Below are positions 12,741 to 23,740 of a stretch of DNA of 64,000 bases, in pieces (within the stretch, counting starts at the first letter, position 1; every line of letters starts with the position of its first letter). The stretch is from positions 994,001 through 1,058,000 of the forward strand of contig CM076001.1 of the NCBI GenBank assembly GCA_038087875.1, written 5' to 3'. Source of the stretch: Malacoraja senta (Eukaryota). The notes under the pieces were generated by a model. The model saw nothing but the letters and a program-made list of their open reading frames with translations, made no database searches and was not told where the DNA came from. A program made the translations under genes and the position numbers.

Positions 12741-12834
12741 GGTTCCCCGTCTGCATCTGCCCCCGCCGCTGCTTCTGCTTCTATCCCTCCCTCAGCCACG
12801 CCTCTCCGACACCCGCGGCCCATGCAGTTGATAT

Positions 12835-12964
12835 GCGTTTTGAAATTTTCGTTCATCACAGAATTTCTCACGACAGAGCGAGAAAATTTGTGATCAGGGT
12901 GAGAGCGTGAGAATTTGCCAAATGCGTGATTCTCACGCTCAATGCGTGAGAGTTGACAGCCCTG
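12835..12964. mobile_element. hAT-like DNA transposon end
   Basis: Reverse complement starts CAGGGCTGTCAACTCTCACGCATTGAGCGTGAGAATCACGC, with repeated subterminal CTCACG/CGTGAG motifs. Confidence 0.6.
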
Positions 12965-14069
12965 CATTAGTGCAAGGCCTGAAGATGCTGCTTTTATAGA
13001 CCTGAAAATATTGGTCTCTAGCAAACTAATATAGAACCCTGCATTATAACTTTGTGTCTTCTGACATTCCAATCTATTGCTTAGAACCTACCACAGTGCT
13101 ATGCCAATACTTATTGTCATCATATGTTTTATTGCAGCAAATGGCTATCAAGCACACTGGGAACTTTTGTTCATGCTCTGTCTCTCGTGGCTAGCCTTTT
13201 AATAGTCATTTTCTTGGTTATCTCTCATAGTACTTGTTTGGTTACACATGAGCTGCAGGTATAATAAATAGCAAAACCCTTGTTTAAAATACAACTTTCA
13301 CCATTACAAATTTAAATTGTACAATGGAAACAATGAAAATAGAAATTGTTGAAAGTGAAACGTGCTTTAAAATCATTAACTCAGTTTTAAACAATGCATG
13401 TAGAAAAAAATGTGATTGTATTTCAACTGATATTGATTGACTTTTGGCTATTTAAAGGTATCTATTTGCAGTTATGATTACACCACTTATAAACAATGTT
13501 GATTGTTAAGTGACAAGTGCAGTTAATGCTAAACGTCCATTTACCCAAATACTAATTCTTGGATCAAATAGCAATAGTGGAAAGGTGAAATGCTGATAAG
13601 ACAAGAGCAATTCTGATGGCGAACTCTACTTGATTCTGAGAGGAATTGACTGCAGTGAGTGAAATTATACTGGCTCACAGTTAGCGGAAAAACCTATATT
13701 GGTAAATAGAATCGGCAATGTAATTGGCTATTGGTGATCAAATATGCTTTAGCAAATGGAAATTATGGGATGTTAAATTTTAAAGACCTCCTGAGGACCC
13801 CAAAAATTCCAGAGTTTGTTTATAAAATGCAAAAAAATCATAATGTTTTGAAGATTTATTATTGCATCAATTTTGTTCCTAAATTAGGAAAATAATAACT
13901 ACTTAGTCAATTGTACATAAAGTATCTCAAGAATTTGTTTACACTTTATACAATCAACTAATATTCAAATTAATTTACTTATAAAAGACGGACTAACAGA
14001 GACTGTACTAGGTTTGGCAGCTAGATTTTTATTAAAGAAAAACATTTGATACATGCAAATAAATTATCT

Positions 14070-14348
14070 TGTAATAAACCTAGAGTCAAGGCACCTTTGT
14101 GGGATACAGACATGTTTTAGCGAGTCGAGACGATAGTTGTTTTCCCAAATGAGCTTTATTGTTAAAGCAGTGAAAACAACGGAGATCATACAACAGCTAA
14201 CACAAACGATCTTACCACAACGGTGGTCGAAGTAATGAATGGGGCTTGCCCAGCAAACACGTGAAAACAAAACCCCTCCCCAGTCACATGACCGAGGTAG
14301 CCGACCGCAGGGTTTGACTACCCACAGACACCAGCAGGTGCCGCTACA
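14070..14348 (-). mobile_element. Putative solo LTR
   Basis: TG...CA ends with short inverted termini (TGTA...TACA). AATAAA on the minus strand at ~14160. Near-TSD ATCT/ATGT. Confidence 0.5.
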
Positions 14349-14351
14349 ATG

Positions 14352-15160
14352 TTTAGTTTTAGTTTAGTTTCGAGATATAAAGTGGAAATAGGCCCTTTTG
14401 CCCACTGAGTCCACGCCGACCATTGATCACCCATACACTCGTTCTATCCTACACACTCGGGACAATTTACAGAACCCCAACTAACCTACAAACCCGCACG
14501 TCTTTGGAATGTGGAAGAAACTGGAACACCTAGAAAACACCCATGCAGTCACAGGGAGAATGCACAGACTCCACACAGACAGCATCCAAAGTCAGGATCA
14601 ATCCCGCTGCTCTGGTGCTGTAAAGGGCCTGTCCCACTTGCATGCGATTGCATGCGTTTGGCACGACCAAACGTGGTCGCTTGAGGCGTACGGGCACCGT
14701 ATAGCCGCACGGGGCCGGTCCCACTTAGAAGCGCGGAGTTGTGCGGGGCTGGTCCCGACATCGCGCGAGGCTCCGAAAAACTGAGTGTCTGAAATCTTCG
14801 CGCGCCAACGGCCTGTCGGCACGCAGGCGCATTGCGGTCATACACGGCGTCTTGACGGCGTACGCAGCGTCTTGACGGCGTACGCATAGCGCGTGGCATT
14901 GCACGATGACATCACCTCCCGGCGTGGCATTGCGTGATGACGTCACCGCCCGACGCCGCCCAAATTCAGTCGGCCCGCCTCCTGCCCAGCTGATTGGTAA
15001 GTATGACGCAAATGACGTCACGCGCGAACTTAGCACGTACTTAGCGCGTACTTAGCGCAAACTTCGCGTGAACTCCGCTTCCGTTTGGTCGCGCGAAACG
15101 AATGCAATCGCATGCAAGTGGGACAGGCCCTTAAGGCAACAGCTCTATTGCTGTGCCATT
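14352..15160 (-). mobile_element. V-SINE (HE1-like) interrupted by a Harbinger MITE
   Basis: (TTTAG)n tail at 14352, V-domain; the tRNA head resumes after 15134 (GGCAACAGCTCTATTGCTGTGCCAT). Confidence 0.8.
14624..15131. mobile_element. PIF/Harbinger-type MITE
   Basis: TIR AGGGCCTGTCCCACTTGCATGCGATTGCAT / ATGCAATCGCATGCAAGTGGGACAGGCCCT. TAA TSD at 14621-14623 and 15132-15134. CpG-rich interior. Confidence 0.9.
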
Positions 15161-15429
15161 TTGACACTGTTAACATATGTGGTATGTTGATACTGGCTCT
15201 AACCAACGAGTTTTCTCGCAGCATCATAACTTCCAAAATTACTCCATATACTGTACTTTTCAATGAAGAGATAAATGACGCATTGATCTGTTTGGAAAAC
15301 TGCAGATCAAAGGGTTTATACAAGGTATTTTCTGTGGATAATAATCAAGAATTACAAAAGATGTAATTAAAAATCAGAAAACAATATTAAAGAGAAAATG
15401 GAATCTTTTATTGCTAATTCATTAGTGTT

Positions 15430-16850
15430 ACGAGTCATAGTCATACTACACAGAAACAGCCCCCTCAGCCCACCACATCCATGCCTAGCATGTTTTTGCT
15501 TATCCTCACTAATCCCATGTGTCCATATCAGGTCCATATCCTTCTGTATCTTGACTATTTAAGCGCCTGTCTAATTAGCACTTAAATATGAGGAAGGACA
15601 TTATAGCCATAGAGGGAGTGCAGATAAGGTTCACCAGACTGATTCCTGGGATGTCAGGACTTTCATATGAAGAAAGACTGAATAGACTTGGCTTATACTT
15701 GCTAGAATTTAGGAGATTGAGAGGGGATCTTATAGAAACGTACAAAATTCTTATGGGGTTGGACAGGCTAGATGCAGGAAGATTGTTCCCGATGTTGGGG
15801 AAGTCCAGGACAAGGGGTCACAGCTTAAGGATAAGGGGGAAAACCTTTAAGACCGAGATGAGGAAAAACTTTTTCACACAGAGAGTGGTGAATCTCTGGA
15901 ACTCTCTGCCACAGAGGGTAGTTGAGGCCAGTTCATTGGCTATATTTAAGAGGGAGTTAGATGTGGCCCTTGTGGCTAAAGGGATCAGGGGGTATGGAGA
16001 GAAGGCAGGTACGGGATACTGAGTTGGATGATCAGCCATGATCATATTGAATGGCGGTGCAGGCTCGAAGGGCCGAATGGCCTACACCTGCACCTATTTT
16101 CTATGTATCTATGTATCTATATAGTGAATGTATCTGACTCCACCACCTCGTCCACCAGTGAGTTTGAGATATCAACTACTCTCTATGTAAATATTTTTCC
16201 CTCAAATCCCTTCCTTAAAACACTTTCCTCTCACCTGAAACATACGGTATACCCCTTTTGCAATAAAAAGATTTGATTATCTACCTATCTATGCCTCTTA
16301 CAGCTTTAGGTTCCTATTTGGTCACTCCTCAGCCTCCCTTGGTCCAGCCTCTCCGATATTCACATCCTGGTCATTAATATACATCACAAACAACAAGAGT
16401 CCCAGCACTGATCCATGTGGTGCACTACTGGTCACTGACATTCGATCACAATAGCATCCTTCCCCACTTTGCATCCTATCATCAACCCAATTAGCCAGCT
16501 TTCTGTACCAGTCTATTATGCAAGACCTTGTCAAATGCCTTACCAACAGCCATATTGACATCATCTGCCTTTATCAACTTTGTTACCTCGTCAAAAAACC
16601 CGATCAAATTAGTTCTTCCACAAGATTTTCCACGCACAAAACCATGCTGACTATCCCTAATCAGCTGTTGCCCTTACAATTGTACATAAATCCCTTATGA
16701 TTTTCTCCAATAATTTCCTTACCATTGATGTAAGGCTCACAGTTCTGTAGTTACCTGGCTTACCCCGACTGCCCTTATCAAATAACGGAATAACATTGGC
16801 AGTCCTCCAATGTTCTGGCATGTAATTGTGGCAAACAAAGATGTAAACAA
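15430..16850 (-). mobile_element. Old degenerate CR1 fragments (host of the young CR1 at 15584)
   Basis: Minus-strand SSAPHGSVLGLLLFVMYIND motif and CR1 tail at ~15435. Confidence 0.65.
15584..16120 (+). mobile_element. Young 5'-truncated CR1 (HER1-like)
   Basis: Open ORF2 C-terminus (RKDIIAIEGVQ...GYGEKAGTGY*), 3' UTR and (TATCTATG)n tail. Confidence 0.95.
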
Positions 16851-17074
16851 GCTACCTGTCTCCAACCTGAAAGGTAGAAGACAAGGAGAGGTATTCACTT
16901 TTTAAAGATTGGGAGGGAGAATCCAAAGGTTAATAGATAGTAAACCTGGAATGACTTGATCAAATCAGGTCTCTTTATCTCTTCATATAATTTAGCTACA
17001 GTTCTTCCTCAAAATTTCCCAGAGCTCTGAACACTTCCTATTTTATACCATATCCTTCTCAGCCAAAGTAGAAC

Positions 17075-17150
17075 CAAAGAAGGGTCTTGACCTGAAACAT
17101 CACTTATCAATGTACTCCAGAGATACTTCCTAACCTGCAGAGTTACTTCA
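17075..17150 (+). mobile_element. PLE terminal fragment with degenerate hammerhead motif
   Basis: AAGAAGGGTCTTGACCTGAAACATCAC...GCAGAGTTACT. Confidence 0.6.
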
Positions 17151-17527
17151 TGGTTTAATTTTTTTTATAGAAACAAGAACAATATAATTCTCATTTCAAA
17201 TGCACTTTCCTCTTGCTCGCTGCTTTCACAAGTGCCAGTAACAAGAATTTTGTTTCTCCATTTCAGTAAATGCAGGACAAAGAACATATCATCATATTAA
17301 TGCTACTTCCTTTATATTGTTTTTCTCCACATCCCAGTTGCAATTTATTTGTTCTCACCCCTAACATATGCACTAAATGAAAAAGCAACAGACATTTCCA
17401 CATAGCCTCCCAGTCACTCTCTCACCTTCTCTCAGTCAGTTCGCTATATTGGGGAGACAACCAACACCAAGTAAGGACTACCCAATCACCACACATTGAA
17501 CAAATGAACTCACACAGTCCTTGCCGT

Positions 17528-17615
17528 GGTACACAAAAATGCTGGAGAAACTCAGCGGGTGCAGCAGCATCTATGGAGCGAAGGAAATAGGTAACGTTTC
17601 GGGCCGAAACCCTTA
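17528..17615 (-). mobile_element. 88-bp PLE-derived mini-insertion with partial hammerhead motif
   Basis: 14-bp perfect TSD ACAGTCCTTGCCGT (17514-17527, 17616-17629). Minus strand begins AAGGGTTTCGGCCCGAAACGTTACC. Confidence 0.8.
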
Positions 17616-17911
17616 ACAGTCCTTGCCGTTGCTGGCTTAATGACAGGCCAAGATTTTGGAGATGACAACACTGGATTTCATCATGTCATGACGGACAGTG
17701 CATTCTGATACCTGCTGCTCAGAAGCCACCAGCCTCAAACAAGATTCCACCAACCTTCATGTCCCCTCCTCTTTGAACATTATGGCACTTTCCCATGTAA
17801 CTGCATAAGATGCAATACCTGTCCTTTCATTTATTCCCTTCCTATCATCCAGAGACATAAACAGACTCTCCAGATAAAGGCCTCTTCTACACTGGAGAAA
17901 CCAAATACAGA

Positions 17912-18756
17912 TTAGTTTAGTTTAGTTTAGTTTAGAGATACAGTGCGGAAACAGGCCCTTTGGCACACAGGGTCCGCGCCAACCAGCGATCCCCGCACAT
18001 TAACACTATCCGACACCCACTAGGGACAATTTTTACATTTACCAAGCCAATTAACCTACAAACCTGTACGTCTTTGGAGTGTGGGAGAAAACCGAGGATC
18101 TCGGAGAAAACCCACGCAGATCATGGGGAGAATATACAAACTCCGTACAGACAGCACCCGTAGTCTGGATCAAACACGGGTTTCCGCCGCTGCATTCGCT
18201 GTAAGTCAAGTCAAGTCAAGTCAAGTCACATTTATTTATATAGCACATTTAAAAAACAACTCTCGTTGGCCAAAGTGCTTTACATTTGTTATAAGAATAG
18301 TATAAACAAACAAACTACATACATATATACATATAGCCCTCGCTCAGAGGACGTCAAGAAAGGCTTGGGAGTATAGATACGTTTTTAGTCTTGACTTAAA
18401 GGAGTCGATGGAGGGGGCAGTTCTGATGGGAAGGGGGATGCTGTTCCACAGTCTAGGAGCTGCAACCGCAAAGGCGCGGTCGCCCCTCAGCTTATGCCTA
18501 GACCGCGGGATATTCAGCAACCCCAAGTCTTCCGATCTGAGGGACCTGGAGGTGGAGTGGTGGGTAAGAAGACTTTTAATGTAGTTGGGGGCAAGCCCAT
18601 TGAGGGCTTTGTAGACATAGAGGAGGATCTTGAAATGTATACGGAACCGCACAGGGAGCCAGTGCAGAGAGGCCAGGATCGGGGTGATGTGGTCCCTTTT
18701 TTGGGTGCCCGTCAGGAGTCTCGCTGCAAGGCAGGAACTCTAACGCTGCCCCACTG
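17912..18756 (-). mobile_element. V-SINE (HE1-like) interrupted by L2
   Basis: (TTTAG)n tail at 17912; V-domain; head resumes at 18721. Confidence 0.85.
18206..18720 (-). mobile_element. 5'-truncated L2-clade LINE
   Basis: [23 protein letters not shown]...GDRAFAVAAPRLWNSIP...FKSRLKTYLY; (TTGAC)n tail; TSD TCGCTG(T/C)AAG at 18196-18205 and 18721-18730. Confidence 0.9.
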
Positions 18757-21700
18757 TGATCACTTGTGCTCTGTCCATAGAAGTGACCCTGAGCTTCCGA
18801 TTGCTTCTCACTTTAATTCACCATCCCAATCCCAAAGTTACTCTGACCTTTCCATCTATTACCTTCTGTACTGTTAAAATGTTGCCCAATGCAATCTTGA
18901 GGAACACCACCCCATCTTCCGTTGCGGCATGTTACAGCCAGCAGGACTCATTATCAAATCGCCAACTTTAGATAGTCAACTCTTTCTTTCTGTTTGTCTC
19001 ACAACTGACTATTTTAGCCAGCCATCTTTTTGGATCATTTTTTATTTTTCCCCTTTTTCCATTTTGTTTTGGTATAGTTTGGTCAGCTGGGCATACCCCA
19101 ACATTTACCATCAGCAGCACAATACATAGAAAAAGAAGCTTAGTCTGATTTTACCTGCCCCTTAAGAGTCATATTAGGTCATACACCTTCGCTCTGACAG
19201 ATATTCCCTTTGTTCCATCCATTTTCCTCCTCAATTTCTCTGCAACCTAGATTATCTTGTTTCTCTCATTTCCCATTCTGGGGAGGGTTCCAGACCTGAT
19301 CTGTACCTGTTTCGTTTTTACAGATGCTACCTGATTTGCTGTGTTTCCAATATTTTCCATCTCATTATCAGGTTCAGAATAAAATTAGACAGGGAAACCT
19401 GAACAAAGGACTGAACTTCCAGGAATTTTGCATTTGAAATTCATATTCAAAGAAATTCAATGAATTTCACAATTAAATTGACCCATTGTATTGAATTATC
19501 AACAAGAAAAACAGAATGGAACAATTTCATGGCCAAGGTGTCAGAATAAGTGATGAGCTTTCCAAAATAGAAAGATAATGGATTTTTGGTTGGTACAGAC
19601 ACGGTGTATTGAAAAGCCTGTAAAAGTGCTGTATGATTCTATCACATTCATTCTATTCTGCAAACCAAATATCATTCACCTGTTGAATTCATATGTCTGG
19701 AAAGAAGATCACGGTGGAAATGATTTGGGGGAACAGAAAAAGTTTGCATATTTCCCTACAACATAACAGAAATTTTCAAAACTAGTGCCAAGAGACTAAT
19801 CAATTTTATTCCACTTCACCTGATATAACAATCGAGAAAAGTTCCTTCACAAACCCTGCATGGTATTTATTTTCTTTGAGGGTGAGAATGGCAATGTATA
19901 CATTGACTGTTCTGCTGGCTAGCCGCTATGTTGCATGCTTCAGTGTGGTTCTGGATCTTAATTAAGACAGTTCTGCTAGTTTACCACAGATGTTGGATTG
20001 CACATAAATTGATGCATAATTCAAGTGCACTGACTGCATGCATCTAAACCAGCTACCAGCAGGAAGACAAGAACCTGCCTGTTACCTTCCTTTAGTGTCA
20101 GCAATCTCCAGAAGCCATTCATAGTTCCAATTGGTCGTTCATGGGCCTCTAGAAGCACAAAGCTTACCCAGATACTGAAGTCCTAAATAAAGTGTGGAAT
20201 CAGAAGAAAATTTGGCAATGCAGGCAATATCCCACAAGCTTAAAGCAGTGCTGGTAGATGCCAAGAATCCAAATAAACTCAATACCCAGAAAGTGGGCAC
20301 CGTGTGCTCCAAATACTGGGTTCTTGCCATTTCCACAAACACATACACAATGTGGTATGAAAATGTTGCAGCTCTATTAATGAATTGATGATTAAGTACT
20401 GTGTGTAAGTTTGTATGTGCGTGTGTGTGGTTTTGTGTATGAAGGTGCATAAGCACACACTCAGCATTCTAGCGAGTGACACTCACAAGGTGATATTAAC
20501 ATTATTTAGCAGTGTTGTCGCAAATTGAATTAAATTTTGTCCATTATAATTTTTTGCTCCGTACATTATAAGGTCTTTCATATGAAGCAGATCATCATGA
20601 TTAACTGATAGTTTCATGATTAACTGGCTTCACAATGATTTATAATATATATTAGGATGTGCAGATACATAAATATTCATTGTATTAAAATAGCGGCTAC
20701 GATCCTTTATGATTCTACTAGCTGATATAATTAAGTTTAAAATGTGAAGTACTATTTGACTTTTATATCCAAATGTAAAACAGGCTGAAATGATCCTTTT
20801 CTGCCAAAGTACTGTATTAAGTAACAGAAAATGGAATGGAATCAAAACCTATTACAGTCCATGTATATGTAATATAATAGGTTTTAAAGCAGCAATTCAT
20901 TACAGAAAAATATCAAAATGATTTGAGTCCTGATATATATAACTGTTTATCTCCCATTTTGCAAAAATAGATACTATGAAGGACACATTTTGAATATTCA
21001 TTCTCTTTTTTGCTGAGATACATCATCTCCAAAGTACACCGGCTACAGTCTGGCCTGCATGTCACTGACTGTGTTCTGCTGAACTGTCGATACTGATCTT
21101 TTTAGATATTTTATAGAAATAATGTTGATTTTCATACCCTTACCATTTCTGTATTAGCTATTAGAGTGAGACAAAACATTTTGGAAAATTTAGGAAACTG
21201 TGGACGGTTCCACATGCCATGTGTGAGTTTGATACTTGCACAATAGTCCCACAGCCAGCAGCATCCCATCTGAGCAGCATGGCTGGTATATTTGCCGATT
21301 GCCTTCATCATTATTTTATGCTCCCACCAAAATCCACGTCATCAACCCCAACTGAAGTGCTTGGGAGATGAAGAGAACCAGCAGTACATCTTCACCAAGG
21401 CCAGCTCTCTGAAAAGTGCTAAATGAATGTTGAATGAATTTATCTCTTCAGTAAGAGATCAACACACATTTCTTCAGCGAGTATTTAGGTTCAAATTTTC
21501 AATGTTGGTTTTAGCAGAAGGGCCAGTGGCAGATATGTATTGGACAGTTATGTTGAAATCATTCTTTAAAAGCTCTTCAATCATGGCACTCAATGTAAAA
21601 GCAATATACTCACCTGAAAACAACACATGCACTGTATGTGAAGGCAATATCATCTCCAAGAGCTTTTGACTTTCACTGGGTTATATGCAACAGAATACCA

Positions 21701-22104
21701 GAAACAGCTTTACCTTTTGCTTTAAAAACAAATATTATAAATATGAGCTGGCATGGACAATACCACCAGCTTTGGGCATTCTTGTTGATAGCTCATCTCC
21801 AATTCTGCAATGTGCTTACATAGATTTCTTTTGGGCGGATAGAGAGACACAAAGATCCCAAGGTGAGTTCTTAATTTTAAATTTCAATTTAGTGCAGGAT
21901 AATACTGATAGGCCAGCACACTCCATGCATTCAGAGGAAGTGACAGCAAGAAGTCCACATGTACCGTTCCCCAACAATAGCATTTTTGTCAACATATGAG
22001 TACATGATTTACATGTGGCCACTTAGCACATTCAGGCATGTTTGATAAATAACATTTAGGAGCAAAACAATTTTGTAAATCCAGATCTTCCAACATACTT
22101 TAGA

Positions 22105-22380
22105 GTTTAGTTTAGTTTAATTTATGGTCATGTGTACCGAGGTACAGTGAAAAGCTTTTGTTGCATGCTAACCCGTCAGCAGAAAGACAATACATGATTA
22201 CAATCACGCCATCCACAGATATACAAAAAAGAGAATCACGTTTAGTACTAGATAAAGTCCAGTAAAGTCTGATTAAAGATAGTCCAAGGGTCCCCAATGA
22301 GGTAGAAAGTAGCTCAGGACCGCTCTCTTATTGTTTCTATAATGGTTCAGTTGCCTGTTAAAAGCTGGGACGACTTGTCT
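22105..22380 (-). mobile_element. Non-LTR retroelement 3' end (Rex/Babar-like tail)
   Basis: Minus strand ends ...TTTTCACTGTACCTCGGTACACATGACCATAAATTAAACTAAACTAAA. A similar decayed piece lies at ~3320-3455. Confidence 0.6.
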
Positions 22381-23179
22381 TATCAGCACTGCACCACTTT
22401 AATGATTGTTTTCATCTTTCTACAAAACATCTAGGACAATTCCAAGAAGTGGTATCGCTTGATTGATTGGAAGAGAATTAATTAAATATCACAAAAAATA
22501 ACAAGAACTGCAGTAGTTGGAAATCTAAAATAATAACACGAACTACACGATGGCCATCCATTACAAACAGAAAATATAGCAAACAGGTATGTTTAAGTTG
22601 CAAAGAACGTGGAGGGCTAAAGAGAGTAAAATTATGTTTGTGATAGGACGGAGATCAAGAGAAAATAGATTGTTGTTGACTTAGAGAGAGTGAAGATGTT
22701 TGTTAATAGTAACTAATCAGTCTAGAGCAGATTTAAGAAAAGGAAAAAAGAGGAGGGAGAAAAAATATGTTGGAAGTATGAGATATGTGCTGAAAATCTG
22801 ATATAAAGGAGCATGCTAAAACTACCAACCAGGTCAAGTAGTGTCTGTGGAGAGAAAATTTGAATAACCTCAGAAACAGCCATTGAAAAGGCGGAAAAAA
22901 CGACAGATATTATTGGAAATCTAAACCAAAAACTGAAAAAGCTGGAAACACACAGCCGGCCAAGGCAGTAACTGTGGAAAGGAAACAGAGCTAACGTGCC
23001 CATCTGACAACCGTCCACACCATCCCCGCGTCATAAAAGCTCATTAATGTGAAATTTCAACCCTTTCCCACTCTAACTAAGTGTCGCCTAAACTGTCAAG
23101 CACCATATGAATTCCTTGTTTGTACAAAACTACCTAATTCCCTCCAAAACTGGAAAAAATAGTTATCTGAAATTAACAT

Positions 23180-23740
23180 GACTGAATCCCTCACCATTAT
23201 TATCTTTGGTTTCACCACTGACCAGAAACTCAACTGGGCCAGTCACAAAAAGAAGTTGATTACATGAGCAAGTCAGAGGCTGGGCATCATGTGATGCCAG
23301 ACTGTCCTCCTATCACTGCAAAGTATTTTCAACATCTAAGAGGCACAATGCTATTGTCTCTACTTGTCTGGATGAATGCAGCTGCAACAACACTGAAGAA
23401 ACTTGACATCATCCTGGATAAAACAGCCTTCTTTATTGGTTTCACTTCCACTATCCTAAATTCTCTCCACCACCAGGACACAATAAAACACATACCATCA
23501 AGAAAATGAAGAGCTGTTACTTGCCTAAGATACTTGCAAAACACATGACCCCTCTACAACCAAGGAAAAGGACAGAAGGCACATGGAACTGCCTCTATCT
23601 GCTTGGCCATATGCTATCCTGATTTGTAAATGTAATACTGTTCCTTTCTTTGCTGGGTTTAAATCCCAGAGCACCCTGTCCAGGGGCTCGTCCACCAGGA
23701 CTGCAATAGTTCTAGGTGGTTATCACCACAAGATGGTGTA
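23180..23740 (+). mobile_element. Ancient degenerate LINE (CR1/L2 group) 3' region
   Basis: Translated remnant LLVWMNAAATTLKKLDIILDKTA, typical of a LINE ORF2 C-terminus. Related decayed pieces at ~5600-6030 and ~34760-35070. Confidence 0.5.

Larger units (their letters stand above)
17690..19360 (+). mobile_element. Degenerate Penelope-like element (GIY-YIG) split by SINE and L2
   Basis: GTFPCNCIRCNTCPF...GLFYTGETKYRL (17785-17913) resumes at ~18757 as HLCSVHRSDPELPIASHFNSPS. Confidence 0.7.

Noticed and set aside
11544..12972. A single intact hAT element spanning 11552-12964
   Set aside because: The termini share only CAGGG and the 8-bp flanks differ; kept only as a hypothesis in the findings.
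17021..17045. AGAGCTCTGAACACTTCCTAT (RALNTSY), resembling TDP2 exon 2
   Set aside because: Wrong strand and wrong side relative to the minus-strand exon 1; the match is too short.
20050..22020. Possible ancient hAT-transposase relic on the minus strand
   Set aside because: Only vague motifs (SGEYIA, SSSPK, RW, GP) in broken frames; not supportable without an HMM search.
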